A stretch of 64,000 bases of DNA, from NCBI GenBank assembly GCA_965261595.1, contig CBDHDG010000007.1, forward strand, positions 416,001 to 480,000, read 5' to 3'. The DNA is from a bacterium (GTDB lineage: Bacteria; UBA8248; JACPRG01; G963555815). Shown here one piece after another: positions 1 through 13,200 of this stretch. Both the position numbers and the translations under genes were made by a program. Under the pieces are notes generated by a model. That model made no database searches, was not told the DNA's origin, and worked only from the letters and a program-made list of their open reading frames with translations. Within the stretch, counting starts at the first letter, position 1. Each line of letters opens with the position of its first letter.

Positions 1-660
1 CACGGTCGTGACGGCGCTTCTTGAGGAGTTGGTGGAGCGCGGCGTGCGGCCCGGGCGGCGTCGGCTTTTTGTCATCGACGGCTCGAGGGCGCTTCGTGCG
101 GCGATTGACCGGGTGTACGGGGACGACAATCCGGTGCAGCGGTGCCGCAACCACAAGGTGAAGAACGTGATGGACCACCTGCCCGAGGAGTTGAAGGATC
201 CGGTGAAGGCGACGATGAAGGCGGCCTGGCGGCTGGCGCCGAAGGAGGGGATTGCCCGTCTGCGCAAGCAGGCCCGGTGGCTTCAGATCGAGCATCCGGA
301 CGCGGCCGCCAGCCTTTTGGAGGGTCTGGAGGAGATCTTCACCGTCAACCGCTTGGCTCTTCCGCCCGGCCTTCGGCGCTGCCTGGTGAGCACGAACCTG
401 ATCGAGAGTCCCTGTTCGGGGGTGCGGATGCGCACCCGGCGCGTCGGCCGCTGGCGGGACGGGGCGATGGTGAAAAGGTGGGCCGCTTCCGCCTTCCTCG
501 CCACCGAGAAGAACTTCCGTCGCCTGGACGGCTACCGGGACCTGTGGATCCTGAAGGCCGTTCTGGACGAGCCCCGCTTTGACACCCGAGAGGAGGTCGC
601 ATAAGGTGAACCACACACGGACCGCCGCCTCAAACCTTCAACTGAATTCGGGACACCCTC
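1..660 (+). mobile_element. IS256-family element, 3' part (transposase C-terminus 8..604 plus right end)
   Basis: VIDG, QRCRNHKVKNV and STNLIES motifs of IS256/Mutator transposases; ends TTCAACTGAATTCGGGACACCCTC at 660, abutting IS-A copy 1. Confidence 0.88.
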
Positions 661-2025
661 ATGATTCATGGAGAAAGGGGTGTCGCGATGAACGAACAAA
701 AGCAAGAGGGGGCTTTGGCGGAGGGCGCCCGCAGGGCGAACGGAGCCAAGGCCCCAGGGCATCGCAGTGAGCGGGGTCGGTTCTCCTGCCAGCGCAAGCG
801 GGAGGCGGTCCTGCGTCTTTTGCGGGGCGAGAGCCTGGAGACGCTCTGCCGCGAGTTGGGCACGACAGCGGCTCGGCTTTCCGCCTGGCGCGAGGCGTTC
901 CTTCGCGGGGGCGAGGCGGCGCTCAAAGCCCGCCCGGCGGATGAGCGGGACGAGGAGAACGCCCGGCTCAAGGCCAAGGTGGGCGAACTCACGATGGATG
1001 GCGAGGTCCTGCGGGAGAAGATCGACCGCCTGGAGGCCGGCCGCCCTTTAGCCGGCAGGAGGTGGAGGCGATGAGTCAGGCCCGCTTCACCTCCACGGGC
1101 AGAGCCTACGGCCTGAAGCGGGTGTGCGCCCTTTGGGGCTTGGCGCGCTCCACGGTCTACGCGCAACGGCGGCGAGAGGCGGTCCCCGTTCATGAACGCC
1201 CCACGCCCAATAAGCGCGGCCCTGTGGGCCCGTGCACCGATGCGGAACTCCTCGGCCACATCCGGCAGGTCCTGGAGGACTCTCCCTTCCATGGCGAGGG
1301 CTACCGCAAGGTGTGGGCGAGGCTGCGCTTCGCGGGCATCCGCACCAGCAAGGAGCGGGTGCGTCGCCTGATGCGGGAGGCGGGGCTTCAGGCCCCCCAC
1401 CGGGTGGGCAAACCCCGAGGTCCCAAGGCCCACAACGGGACCATCCGCACCGAGCGGCCCGACCGAATGTGGGGCACGGACATGACGACGACGGTGACCA
1501 CCGAGGAGGGGATGGCCTCGGTGTTCGTGGCGGTGGATCACTGCTCGGTGGACTGCGTGGGGATCCATGCGGCCAAGAGCGGCAACCGCTTCGAGGCCCT
1601 GGAGCCGATCCGGCAGGGGGTCGCCGAGCGCTTCGCCGGCTTGGAGGCGGACGTCGCCGAGGGGCTTAAAGTTCGTCACGACCACGGCCCCGCCTATCTG
1701 TCCGATGACTTTCAGCGGGAGATCGCCTACCTGGGCATGACCAGTTCGCCCAGCTTCGTGCGGGCGCCCGAGGGAAATGGCTACTGTGAGTGGTTTATCC
1801 GCATCTTGAAGGAGAATCTCCTGTGGGTGCGCTCTTTCGCCACCGTAGAGGAACTGCGGTGGGCGCTGCTTGAGTTCAAGAACCTGTACAACCATCATTG
1901 GATTCTCGAGGGCTACGGCTACCGAACGCCGGCCCAGGCAAGGCAGGAAAAACTCGCTCAAGTTGCGGAGGCCGCATGAGGTCGAATACCCTCACCCGAG
2001 TGTCCAATAACCCAGGGGCGGTCCA
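661..2025 (+). mobile_element. IS3-family element IS-A, copy 1 (about 40 bp of left end missing); orfA 688..1074, orfB 1071..1979
   Basis: HTH orfA; DDE orfB (WGTDMT, HDHG, NGYCEWF); near-identical to copies at 10815, 23181, 45350, 46755; right end GGGGCGGTCCA. Confidence 0.92.
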
Positions 2026-2657
2026 CCAACCTGCACTGGCGGGAAGAGAACGTCGTGAGGTTCTACAACCAGCGTGGGACGGCGGAGCAGTGGATCAAGG
2101 AGGGCAAGTACGCCCTGAACTGGACGCGCCTGTCCTGCCACGGCTTTGAAGAGAACCAGGTTCGCTTGCAACTATTTGCCTTGGCGTACAACCTGGCAAA
2201 CTTCCTGCGGCGGCTGGCGTTGCCCAGAGCGGTGAAGCACTGGTCGCTGACGACGTTACGCGAGAAGCTGATTAAGATTGGGGCCAAGGTGGTCACCCAC
2301 GCCCGGCACACCACCTTCCAGATGGCCGAGGTGGCCGTGCCGCGTCAACTGTTCAGGGCAATCCTTGAACGAATTCGACGGTTGTGGTTACCGCCTCCCG
2401 TACCAGATACCGGATGACGGAGCAGATGGCCCGGAAGCTTAGTGACGTGGTGGAGACGGGGGATCAGTCTGTGCCGAACTCCCCTGAGTGTGCCGGTAGA
2501 GCTGGGTTTTCAAGGGATTGCGGCTTTAGGACGGCCGTTGCCCCTCGATTGAGCAGAGGGTTCTGCAAAGAGACCCTGAATCTGTAGTAAAATGGGGTAC
2601 TTTGATGACACAGGAGGACCGCAGGATGGCTAAGAGTGGTCATCTGGGAAATCCCGG
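2026..2657 (+). mobile_element. IS1380-family element, 3' remnant (transposase fragment 2055..2417)
   Basis: FYNQRGTAEQWIKEGK...LFALAYNL...LREKLIKIGAKVV motif; terminus ATCTGGGAAATCCCGG followed by TTGA. Confidence 0.85.
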
Positions 2658-2699
2658 TTGAATGGAGAACAGATCGTCAACAGGAGGAGGATATCGGAG

Positions 2700-4340
2700 A
2701 TGAAAGCGCGTCGATTCAGGCCGGGGACCGTTCACCGAGCCGTTGTTGTCGGGGTTTTGTTGTGGAGCTTGATATTCGCCGGGGCCGCGTTCGCACGTGG
2801 CAAGACCGTCACGCTTGCCTCCACCGGCGACCTGTTCCGCATCTCGAACCCGGCGATTTTCCGGCTTTCCTCGCTGAACTACTGGTGGTATCAGGTTTTC
2901 AGCGGCCTCGTCCGGGTGAACAAGGATTTCAAGCCCGTTTCGGATCTGGCGGAATCCTGGACGGTGAGCGATGACGGAAAGACCTATACGTTCAACCTCC
3001 GAAGCGGGGTCCAGTGGCACGACGGCAAGCCTTTCAGCGCGGAGGACGTGAAGTTCACCTACGAGCTCATGCTCAACAAAGACAATCGCGCGGCTTCCTC
3101 CCACTGGCTGTACTACGGATACATCGAGGGGGCCGCCGCGTATCGGGCCGGGAAGGCGGATTCTATCAAAGGCATTGAAGTTCTGGGACCCGCTAAGATC
3201 CGGATTCGGCTGAATGCGCCTTACGCGGCGTTCCTGACCGTTTCGGCGGCCCAGCCCATTGTGCCGAAGCATATTCTCGGGAGTGTTCCCGTCAGAAAGA
3301 TGATCAAGCACAAGTTCACCCACTACCCCGTTGGAACCGGGCCTTACGTCGTTGAGTCCTGGAAGTCCAGAGACCGGACCGTTTTGCGGGCCAATCCGAA
3401 TTACTTCGGCAAAAAGCCGAATTTCGACCGGATCATCTGGCGAACCCTGCCGGACAGCTTCTCCCGGCTCTCCGCTTTGCGGACGGGTAAGATCGATGTG
3501 AACGGCATGTACGCCGCCGTTCCGGTGGACGAGTTCGGAAACCTGGGCAAAGACCCCTGCTGCCGGGGAGTCCGGATGTCCGGCCAGTCCAACTGGTTCA
3601 TGGATTTCAACCTCAAGAACCCCATGTTCCACGACCCTCGGGTCCGGAAGGCCATCAGCTACGCCATCGACAGGAAGGTCATTCTGAAGGAGATCTTCCA
3701 TGGCTGGGGAACCATCAACAACACGCCCTTCCATTCCCTGTCCTGGGCCTACAAGCGGGACGTGACGATATACGATGGCGACTTGGGCAAGGCCAAGGCG
3801 CTCCTGGAAGAAGCGGGCTGGAAGATAGGGCCGGGCGGCGTACGCGTCAAGGACGGTAAGCGCCTCAGCTTTACCTGGCGCGTGGGCATCGGACGGGCGG
3901 CCGCCATCATGGCCCAAGCGGCCGTGCCGATGTTGCGAAAGGCGGGGATCGAGGCCAAGGTCGAACGGCTCGATTTTGTGACCCTGTGGTTCAAGCATTA
4001 CGTCAGGAAGAAATACGATGTGCTCTCCCACCTCCACCCCAACAGCATTTACCCGGATCCGGACTACGACCTGTTGCGCTGGTACGACAGCAGGATCAAC
4101 AAGACGGGCTATAACAACCCGAAAGTCGAACAGATCATCAAGAAGGCCGCGGTCACGCGGGGCCGCGCGAAGCGCAAAGCCCTGTACGATGAGCTTCAGG
4201 AAATCCTGGCGAAGGACGCCGTGCGACTATGGCTGATCCAGACGGACGAGCTGTGGGGCGTGAGCAAGGACCTGGTCATGCCCAGCGCCCCCACGGGATA
4301 TCGGCGGATCCTGGCCATCGACGAGTGGGATCGGAAGTAG
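2700..4340 (+). CDS. ABC transporter substrate-binding protein, family 5 (peptide/nickel type); no permeases adjacent
   Basis: Signal peptide; LAESWTVSDDGKTYTFNLRSGVQWHDGKPFSAEDVKFT and PVGTGPY signatures; GGAGGA upstream of ATG 2700. Confidence 0.93.
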   Translation: MKARRFRPGTVHRAVVVGVLLWSLIFAGAAFARGKTVTLASTGDLFRISNPAIFRLSSLNYWWYQVFSGLVRVNKDFKPVSDLAESWTVSDDGKTYTFNLRSGVQWHDGKPFSAEDVKFTYELMLNKDNRAASSHWLYYGYIEGAAAYRAGKADSIKGIEVLGPAKIRIRLNAPYAAFLTVSAAQPIVPKHILGSVPVRKMIKHKFTHYPVGTGPYVVESWKSRDRTVLRANPNYFGKKPNFDRIIWRTLPDSFSRLSALRTGKIDVNGMYAAVPVDEFGNLGKDPCCRGVRMSGQSNWFMDFNLKNPMFHDPRVRKAISYAIDRKVILKEIFHGWGTINNTPFHSLSWAYKRDVTIYDGDLGKAKALLEEAGWKIGPGGVRVKDGKRLSFTWRVGIGRAAAIMAQAAVPMLRKAGIEAKVERLDFVTLWFKHYVRKKYDVLSHLHPNSIYPDPDYDLLRWYDSRINKTGYNNPKVEQIIKKAAVTRGRAKRKALYDELQEILAKDAVRLWLIQTDELWGVSKDLVMPSAPTGYRRILAIDEWDRK

Positions 4341-4360
4341 TCGGAAAAGACCGGAAGAAT

Positions 4361-4401
4361 GCGGGGACCCCGGCGGAGGATTTTCCGCCTTCGGGGCCCG
4401 C
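4361..4401 (+). terminator. GC-rich hairpin after SBP gene
   Basis: GCGGGGACCCCGGCGGA/TCCGCCTTCGGGGCCCGC imperfect inverted repeat 20 bp after the stop; no clear U-tract. Confidence 0.4.
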
Positions 4402-4494
4402 AAGAGGTCTGATTCGATGTTGGTGTTTCTGAGCGGCAGGCCGGGCGGGACGCCCGGCCTGCCGCGATCCGGCGAAGCGACGGGCGATTCTTCC

Positions 4495-5206
4495 GGATTA
4501 CAGTGATTTTGCAGCTCTGGTAAAAAACAACTGGGATGATATCCGCCATCTGGCGGAACAGCATTCCTACTGGACGAACCGAGATAATTGCGACGAGTTG
4601 TTAGCTAAAAAGAGAGCTACAGTTTCGACCCTCCTAAATACGGAATCAAGGATTATTCAGGAACTAGATAATTCGGAACAATGGATTCAAACAGCGTGCC
4701 GCCTCAGGACATTACTTGATATTGTGAACACATTGGGCTGCTTCATTCTGACAAAAGGAAGAATTGAAGACTACTATATTCATAAATTAAGCAAAAATCG
4801 TAATGATAAACGCAATGTGGCAGCGCTCGAAGCATCTCATATTGCGGATGCAGATAACCTGAATATCAGAAAAGACTATGCTGATATAGTCGCTGCTATA
4901 GAGTATGCCGCGCACGCGGAGACGATTGATGAAGGCATGGCGATAAGAGATCTTGTTCTGGCGGTCGTCACACCAGCGTTGGCGAATATTACTCCTGACA
5001 CAACGACCATTCAACTTAAGACCCAAAGTAAAAGCATGTTGGGCAAGAAATCCGAATTGTTCGATCTTGAAGTGGAAAACGATGACGGTCTTCACTTGGT
5101 AGTAAACCTAAAATCGACAATATTAGATGTAAAGGGATTTCCACTTAGAATTCCTGTCGATTCAAATCCGATTGTCAGTGTAAATCATCAAATGGGTCTC
5201 GAGTAA
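4495..5206 (+). pseudogene. Low-GC 5'-truncated ORF, possibly C-terminal part of an OLD/TOPRIM-type ATP-dependent nuclease
   Basis: Frame open upstream of 4598 without a good start; abrupt GC drop; GCFILTKGRIEDYY resembles C-terminal motifs of OLD-family proteins (from memory, unverified). Confidence 0.4.
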
Positions 5207-6109
5207 CGGTTGCTGTCTAACGAAGAGTTAACCTCCCAGTATTGAGATGGTGAGGGTTCAATACCTCAGAGTGTTAAATCACATACTCCGCTGACCTGCC
5301 CCCAAGAACGAGACCACCTGCTACGTTAGACACGGGACCCTTTGAAGTCCACTCCGGGGAACCGGCGCCAGGGCTTGGGATCTTGGGAATCTGGTCTCCG
5401 GCGCAGGCGGCCGGTAGGCCAAGGCGCTGTGAGGCCGTCGCTGGTTGTACGCCCCCTCCACCTCTCCACCAGCACCTGGGCTTCCTTCAGCGTCTCAAAC
5501 ACCTCCACGTTCAGGAGCTCATCCCTCAGCTTCCCGTTGAAACGCTCCACATATCCGTTCTCCCAGGGACTCCCTGGCTCGATGTACAACGTCCTCACGC
5601 CAACCGCCTTGAGCCAGTCCCTGACCACCCTGGCCGTGAACTCCGACCCGTTATCTGACCGGAGGTATTCAGGGACTCCCCGGCCCACAAACAGCTCTGC
5701 CAACCGCTCCAGCACATCTTGGTGATTCATCTGCCTTGGGGGCATCAATGGATAAACATTCAAAGGCTGTACGCATCCAAAATGGTCAACAGCCGGAAAG
5801 CTCTCCCTTCTTGGGTACACTCATGCATGAAGGCATAGCTCCAGACATGGTTCCGATGAGTTGGTCTCAGGCGCACGCAGGACCCGTCATGGAGCCACAG
5901 TCTCCTTCGTTTCGGCTGTCTGGACGGGACCTTCAGCCCCTCCTGTCTCCAAAGCCTTTCCACTCGCTTGGGGTTCACCTTCCACCCCTCTAAGGCGAAG
6001 CATGGCCGTGATCCTCCGGTACCCGTATCGATGGGGTGGACGCCCCCTCCCGACGGCATCACGCTGTGGCAAGGTGGTGTCGTGTTCAACCCCTGAAGGA
6101 GGAGGAACC

Positions 6110-7114
6110 ATGGAACAAGTGAGCATCATCGGCATCGATTTGGCGAAACACGGCTTTCAACTGCACGGCGCGCGGCCGGACGGTTCGGTTGCATTCCGCA
6201 AGAAGCTGACCAGGGAGAAAGTGCTGGACTTTCTGGCCTCGCACCCGCGCTGTCTGGTAGCGATGGAGGCATGTGCGAGCGCGCACTATTGGGGCCATGA
6301 GATCGGCAAGCTCGGCCATGAGGTGAAGCTCATGCCGCCGGTCTATGTGAAACCCTTCGTCAAGCGTCACAAGAACGACGCCGCGGATGCGGAGGCCATC
6401 TGCGAGGCGGCCTCTCGCCCGACCATGCGCTTTGTGGCCGTGAAGACGGAGGGCCAGCAGGCCCACGGGATGCTGTTCCGCACGCGCGATTTGCTGGTGC
6501 GCCAGCGCACGCAGCCCATCAACGCGCTCCGGGGCCACTTGGCGGAGTTCGGGGTCATCGCTCCGCAGGGACCGGCTTATGTCGGCCGGCTGGCGTTGGC
6601 CCTTGCAGAGCCGGGCTCGGGGCTGCCCGAGGCGGTCCGCGAGCTGGGCGGTGTTCTGCTCGATCAGATTGCCGGCCTGAACGAGAAGATTCGGGAGTTG
6701 GACAAGCAACTCCGCACGAGTGCGCGCCAGGACGAAGAGACGAGGCGCCTGATGACCATCCCGGGGATCGGGTCGATCAGTGCGATGGCTATCCAGGCCT
6801 TCGCGCCGCCGATGGAGAGCTTCCGGCGCGGCCGTGACTTCTCGGCCTGGCTCGGGCTTGTCCCGCGGCAGAACTCCACCGGAGGCAAGCCGCGGCTGGG
6901 CAAGATATCGAAGACGGGCCAGCGCGATGTCAGGCGGCTGTTGATCACGGGCGCGATGGTGGTGGTGCGTTGGGCGGCCCGGCGCGGTGCGCCGGCAGGC
7001 TCATGGCTGGCTCGGATGCTGGTCGCGGTGGCGCTGCCGAATCGAATGGCGCGGACTGCCTGGGCGTTGATGACGAAGAAAGCGGTCTATCGGGAGCCGG
7101 CGCCGGCCGTCTGA
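6110..7114 (+). CDS. IS1111-type DEDD transposase/recombinase
   Basis: GIDLAK, MEAC, KNDAADA (DEDD); IPGIG; QNSTGGK; GGAGG RBS; apparent short in-frame deletion near C-terminus. Confidence 0.92.
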   Translation: MEQVSIIGIDLAKHGFQLHGARPDGSVAFRKKLTREKVLDFLASHPRCLVAMEACASAHYWGHEIGKLGHEVKLMPPVYVKPFVKRHKNDAADAEAICEAASRPTMRFVAVKTEGQQAHGMLFRTRDLLVRQRTQPINALRGHLAEFGVIAPQGPAYVGRLALALAEPGSGLPEAVRELGGVLLDQIAGLNEKIRELDKQLRTSARQDEETRRLMTIPGIGSISAMAIQAFAPPMESFRRGRDFSAWLGLVPRQNSTGGKPRLGKISKTGQRDVRRLLITGAMVVVRWAARRGAPAGSWLARMLVAVALPNRMARTAWALMTKKAVYREPAPAV

Positions 7115-7185
7115 GCGACAGGCGCGCGGATGACGTCGGGAATGTGAGCAGGTCGGAGGACGGGTAAGGGACAACGGTCAACGCG

Positions 7186-7326
7186 ACGGGATCGGGAAAA
7201 CCAGGGTATGGCCAAGAGCCCTCGAGCTCGCCGTGCCGATTTGGACCTGGTCCGCGCATCTCCATACGGGCCCGCAGCGTGTGACCCGCCGCATCAGAAG
7301 GCCGGATACACGACTGCACCTGACCA
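7186..7326 (+). ncRNA. Putative seekRNA/bridge RNA of the IS1111 element (boundaries approximate)
   Basis: Two internal loops: GTATGGCC (7206-7213) and CCGTGCCG (7231-7238) resemble the target; CTCCAT (7260-7265) and ATACACGA (7306-7313) match the donor circle junction. Confidence 0.8.
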
Positions 7327-7928
7327 CATTGCTCCAAACTGTCCGAAGAAAACGCTTGCATTCACGGGGGCGTCCATACACGGCTATACTGACTGGCCAA
7401 CTCCAGCATCCGGATCACCAGTTGTGCCTCTTCCTTGGGGAATCTGTCGGACTCTTCGCTGGGTGGATCTGGCCTGTCCCAACACGCGGCAGGCCCGACG
7501 CTCACAGACTCGCTCAGGCCCGAACCGCTCTCTGACCCATACCACGGATCCTCTCCGCTTCGCCGGCGCCTGGAAGTTTCCCGAGGAGACTTCCTTCAAA
7601 ATCTGGTTGTCCAGCGACAGGTCCGCCACCAGCTTCTTCAGCCGGCCATTCTCCTTGTCCAGCGACTTCAGACGCTTGGCCTGATCCATCCTCAGACCCC
7701 CGTACTCCTTCCTCCACCGGTAGTCGGTCTGCTCGGTTACCCCGACCGGCTTGCACACCTGGACCACCGTCTTCCCCTGGGACTGGGCCACTTCCGCCTC
7801 TCGCAGCTTGATGACGATCTGTTCCGCTGTAAACCGCTTCCTGGCCAGCCTTCCCCTCCTTCCGAAAATCCAGGAATACTCCTTTATCAACTGGACTCGT
7901 TTGAAGGGGGCAGCGACTGTCTTCGATG

Positions 7929-9038
<1,110 letters not shown>

Positions 9039-9113
9039 CTAGATACCGAAGACAGCCTACCCCTTCCTACCAACTCAGAAACAAGATAAAAGGTCAGGGT
9101 AGCTTTATTCACA

Positions 9114-10014
9114 GGGGATTGTAAAAGCTATGACACCGGATTAGGCTGGTGTCGTGGACGTAAAGAGCTTTGAAGGGCTTGTAAAAACGGAGGTTACAGC
9201 GAGACGCCATTTGCTCAGGGCGTGTCAGAAAAACGGGCGTAAAATCTGCCCTCGTTGTGAGGGTCGAAAATGCTACGTTGTGGGCACGAAAGGGCGGTTT
9301 CGCTGCGCTGGGTGTCGGTACACCTTCGGGCCGTTCACGGGCCGCTGGCTGGGCCAGCTTCGCCTCTCGGCCCGGCAGTGGCTTTGGGTGGTGAAGCTCT
9401 TTGAGCTGGAGGTCGCGGCCCGCAAGATGGCCCAGCAACTCGCCGTGAGCTATCCGACGGCGCTCAGGGCTGTGACGACGCTCAGGCGCAGTCTTGTGGC
9501 CGGAACGCCGGGGGGACAGGAGCTTCTTCGAGGGGAGGTGGAGGCGGACGAGGCCTACTTCGGGGGCAGGCGCAAGGGGAAGAGAGGCCGAGGCGCAGCG
9601 GGTAAAGTCCCTGTTTTCGGTATTTTGGAGCGGGGTGGCCGGGTGAAGGTGGAGGCGGTCGGCAATGTCAAGGCCCGGACCCTTTTGGCCTCCACCGTGA
9701 AGCTGGTCCATCGGGGCAGCGTGGTCTACACCGACCGCTACCAGCGTCTATGACGCCCTGATGTTCTGCGGCTATCGCCACCTGCGGGTGGATCATGATC
9801 GGCGCTTCAGTCGGGGCAAAGTGCACGTCAACGGCCTGGAAGGCTTTTGGGCCTACGCCAAGCAGAGGCTCATCAAACATCATGGCGTGTCCAAGGAGCG
9901 ATTCCCCCTCTACCGGAAGGAGATGGAATTCCGCTACAATCACCGCCACCAGGATCTCTTTCCCCTGGTGGTCCAACAACTCACCCAATTGGTGTCAAAA
10001 CCTTTATAATTCCC
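9114..10014 (+). mobile_element. IS1595-family element; transposase 9154..10009 frameshifted near 9750
   Basis: Zn-ribbon CPRC..CAGC, VEADEAYFGG, VYTD, NGLEGFW, EFRYN; IRs GGGGATTGTAAAAGCTATGACACC/GGTGTCAAAACCTTTATAATTCCC; 8-bp TSD TATTCACA/TATTCATA. Confidence 0.92.
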
Positions 10015-10235
10015 TATTCATATAACAGGACGAAAAAGAGAGCATAAGCATATATATATGGATGGTGTCCTCTAGATTCCCCCGGGCTGGTAGGTAGCAG
10101 GAACGGTACCTAACTGCGTGTGGTGGCCGATCACGGCGCCGGCGGTAGTTTGAAAACCAAGCGCTTTGTGATTATATTCTGTCACCGTCTGGTTCTCAGG
10201 ATGATCCATTCTAACTAATTGAATCATAACACCTT

Positions 10236-13200
10236 ATGAAACTAGTCGGAACTCCTTTCACGCACGATCCGGATAAGGTTTCGAAGATGAATTACAAGTA
10301 CTACGATTCGGCGGCTCTCGTTGATCGGCTCTGCAATGCCTCTGATAGGAGAGACAGGGCCGTCACGTTCCTTGTAGGTTCGCCGCTATCGCTTCCGGAT
10401 CATGTGGGAGGGCACGGCGTGCCGGGTGTCTCCGGCATGATTGACCTCATCCGTCGTGAGTTCGAGTGTAGCGACGCCGAAACTGAATTTGATCAGAGCC
10501 TCAAGGGAGAGGCGGCGAATTGGTACCGGAGAGCCTTCGAGTTCTTGCATGGGCGAAGAGGGCAAGATGTCGTGAATAGAATCGTCAGAGCTGCCGTGTG
10601 GCAAGCCTTGGACGCCAACAATTGGCCTTCTTGCCTTCCCATGAAGTCGCCACATGATGCGGACTCTGCCATCTGCAAAACCCTAGAGGGTGAAGTTGAT
10701 GCTTGGGTCTTGCCACGTGCTGTGGATCTCCTCGGAAATCTGTTGGTAACTTTCTGGGATACGTTTGGAGGAGTTGTGTTGACGACAAACTTCGATCCTT
10801 TGATCGAGGTCAGTGTCCCCCGCTCTAGGGTTTTGTTGGACACTCGATTGATCCATGATTCATGGAGAAAGGGGTGTCGCGATGAACGAACAAAAGCAAG
10901 AGGGGGCTTTGGCGGAGGGCGCCCGCAGGGCGAACGGAGCCAAGGCCCCAGGGCATCGCAGTGAGCGGGGTCGGTTCTCCTGCCAGCGCAAGCGGGAGGC
11001 GGTCCTGCGTCTTTTGCGGGGCGAGAGCCTGGAGACGCTCTGCCGCGAGTTGGGCACGACAGCGGCTCGGCTTTCCGCCTGGCGCGAGGCGTTCCTTCGC
11101 GGGGGCGAGGCGGCGCTCAAAGCCCGCCCGGCGGATGAGCGGGACGAGGAGAACGCCCGGCTCAAGGCCAAGGTGGGCGAACTCACGATGGAGGGCGAGG
11201 TCCTGCGGGAGAAGATCGACCGCCTGGAGGCCGGCCGCCCTTTAGCCGGCAGGAGGTGGAGGCGATGAGTCAGGCCCGCTTCACCTCCACGGGCAGAGCC
11301 TACGGCCTGAAGCGGGTGTGCGCCCTTTGGGGCTTGGCGCGCTCCACGGTCTACGCGCAACGGCGGCGAGAGGCGGTCCCCGTTCATGAACGCCCCACGC
11401 CCCATAAGCGCGGCCCTGTGGGCCCGTGCACCGATGCGGAACTCCTCGGCCACATCCGGCAGGTCCTGGAGGACTCTCCCTTCCATGGCGAGGGCTACCG
11501 CAAGGTGTGGGCGAGGCTGCGCTTCGCGGGCATCCGCACCAGCAAGGAGCGGATGCGTCGCCTGATGCGGGAGGCGGGGCTTCAGGCCCCCCACCGGGTG
11601 GGCAAACCCCGAGGTCCCAAGGCCCACAACGGGACCATCCGCACCGAGCGGCCCGACCGAATGTGGGGCACGGACATGACGACGACGGTGACCACCGAGG
11701 AGGGGATGGCCTCGGTGTTCGTGGCGGTGGATCACTGCTCGGTGGACTGCGTGGGGATCCATGCGGCCAAGAGCGGCAACCGCTTCGAGGCCCTGGAGCC
11801 GATCCGGCAGGGGGTCGCCGAGCGCTTCGCCGGCTTGGAGGCGGACGTCGCCGAGGGGCTTAAAGTTCGTCACGACCACGGCCCCGCCTATCTGTCCGAT
11901 GACTTTCAGCGGGAGATCGCCTACCTGGGCATGACCAGTTCGCCCAGCTTCGTGCGGGCGCCCGAGGGAAATGGCTACTGTGAGTGGTTCATCCGCATCT
12001 TGAAGGAGAATCTCCTGTGGGTGCGCTCTTTCGCCACCGTAGAGGAACTGCGGTGGGCGCTGCTTGAGTTCAAGAACCTGTACAACCATCATTGGATTCT
12101 CGAGGGCTACGGCTACCGAACGCCGGCCCAGGCAAGGCAGGAAAAACTCGCTCAAGTTGCGGAGGCCGCATGAGGTCGAATACCCTCACCCGAGTGTCCA
12201 ATAACCCAGGGGCGGTCCAAGTGTGTCGAAGCACGGTGGGCGATTCTACAGAACTGTGCTCCACGACGACGGGAAACTGGGGCAGACGGTTGCAGAAGGT
12301 ACTCATATCGTCCACCTCCATGGGTATTGGCAGGGCTCTGACACGCTTCACACGCCGCAGCAGTTGGTTCAACCGCGGCCGCAGCTTGGAAGGTCGCTCG
12401 CGCGAGTGGTCGAGGCATCGACCCTGGTCGTTATTGGATATAGCGGTTGGGATGACGTGATTACGCAGACTCTTGTGGAATTACTATCAGATTCGGAGAG
12501 CAATCCAGAGATCATGTGGGCGTTTCATGAAGAAGACACAGCGACCATCGAGGCGTCGAACGAGCGGGTACTCTCTGTACTCGCGCCGGGAATTGGTCGG
12601 GGGAGAGTGTCGCTGTACCGAGATATCGACTGTTGCTCCATACTCTCTGATATCTACGAACAACTGAAACCTAGTTACCCAGCAACTTCTGGCCCGACCA
12701 GAGGGCCACATATGACTACCGTCGTCAAAGAGGACGCCGGTGGAGGCGCTGGACGGCGCCAAGTACGCATCGAGATGAATTTTGCGATGCCGCAGCAAGC
12801 CTCGGCCGATTCAGATAGACCGTTGTTTGTTACCCCCTGGGTCGGCCGAGATCAAGAACTGAGCATTCTGGCTTCCTCAATCACGCCTGTGGCTTTTATC
12901 ACAGGGCTGGGAGGGCAGGGAAAGTCAGCGCTTACTGGACGGTTTCTGCAACAGCAGGCCATGGCCGCGGGCGGTCGTTTTGAGTTCTGGGACTGGAGAG
13001 ACTGCCGAGAAGAAAGTGATCGACTGATCACGCAGATCCTTCGCCTTATCGAGCGTTTGAGCGATGGGGCAATAGACGCCAGCCAGATCGAGGTTACCGA
13101 TATCAGAGCGGTGATCGGTGTGCTGTTTCACGTGCTCCAGGACCGGAAGGCCCTTCTCGTCTTCGACAACGTAGACCAGTACGTCGATCTCGAGACGCTC

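Larger units (their letters stand above)
6031..7380 (+). mobile_element. IS1111-subgroup (IS110 family) element
   Basis: Subterminal IRs TGGACGCCCCC/GGGGGCGTCCA; CG core at 6029-6030 and 7381-7382; long 3' non-coding region; removal restores host QYSRYGYRRITAML. Confidence 0.93.
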
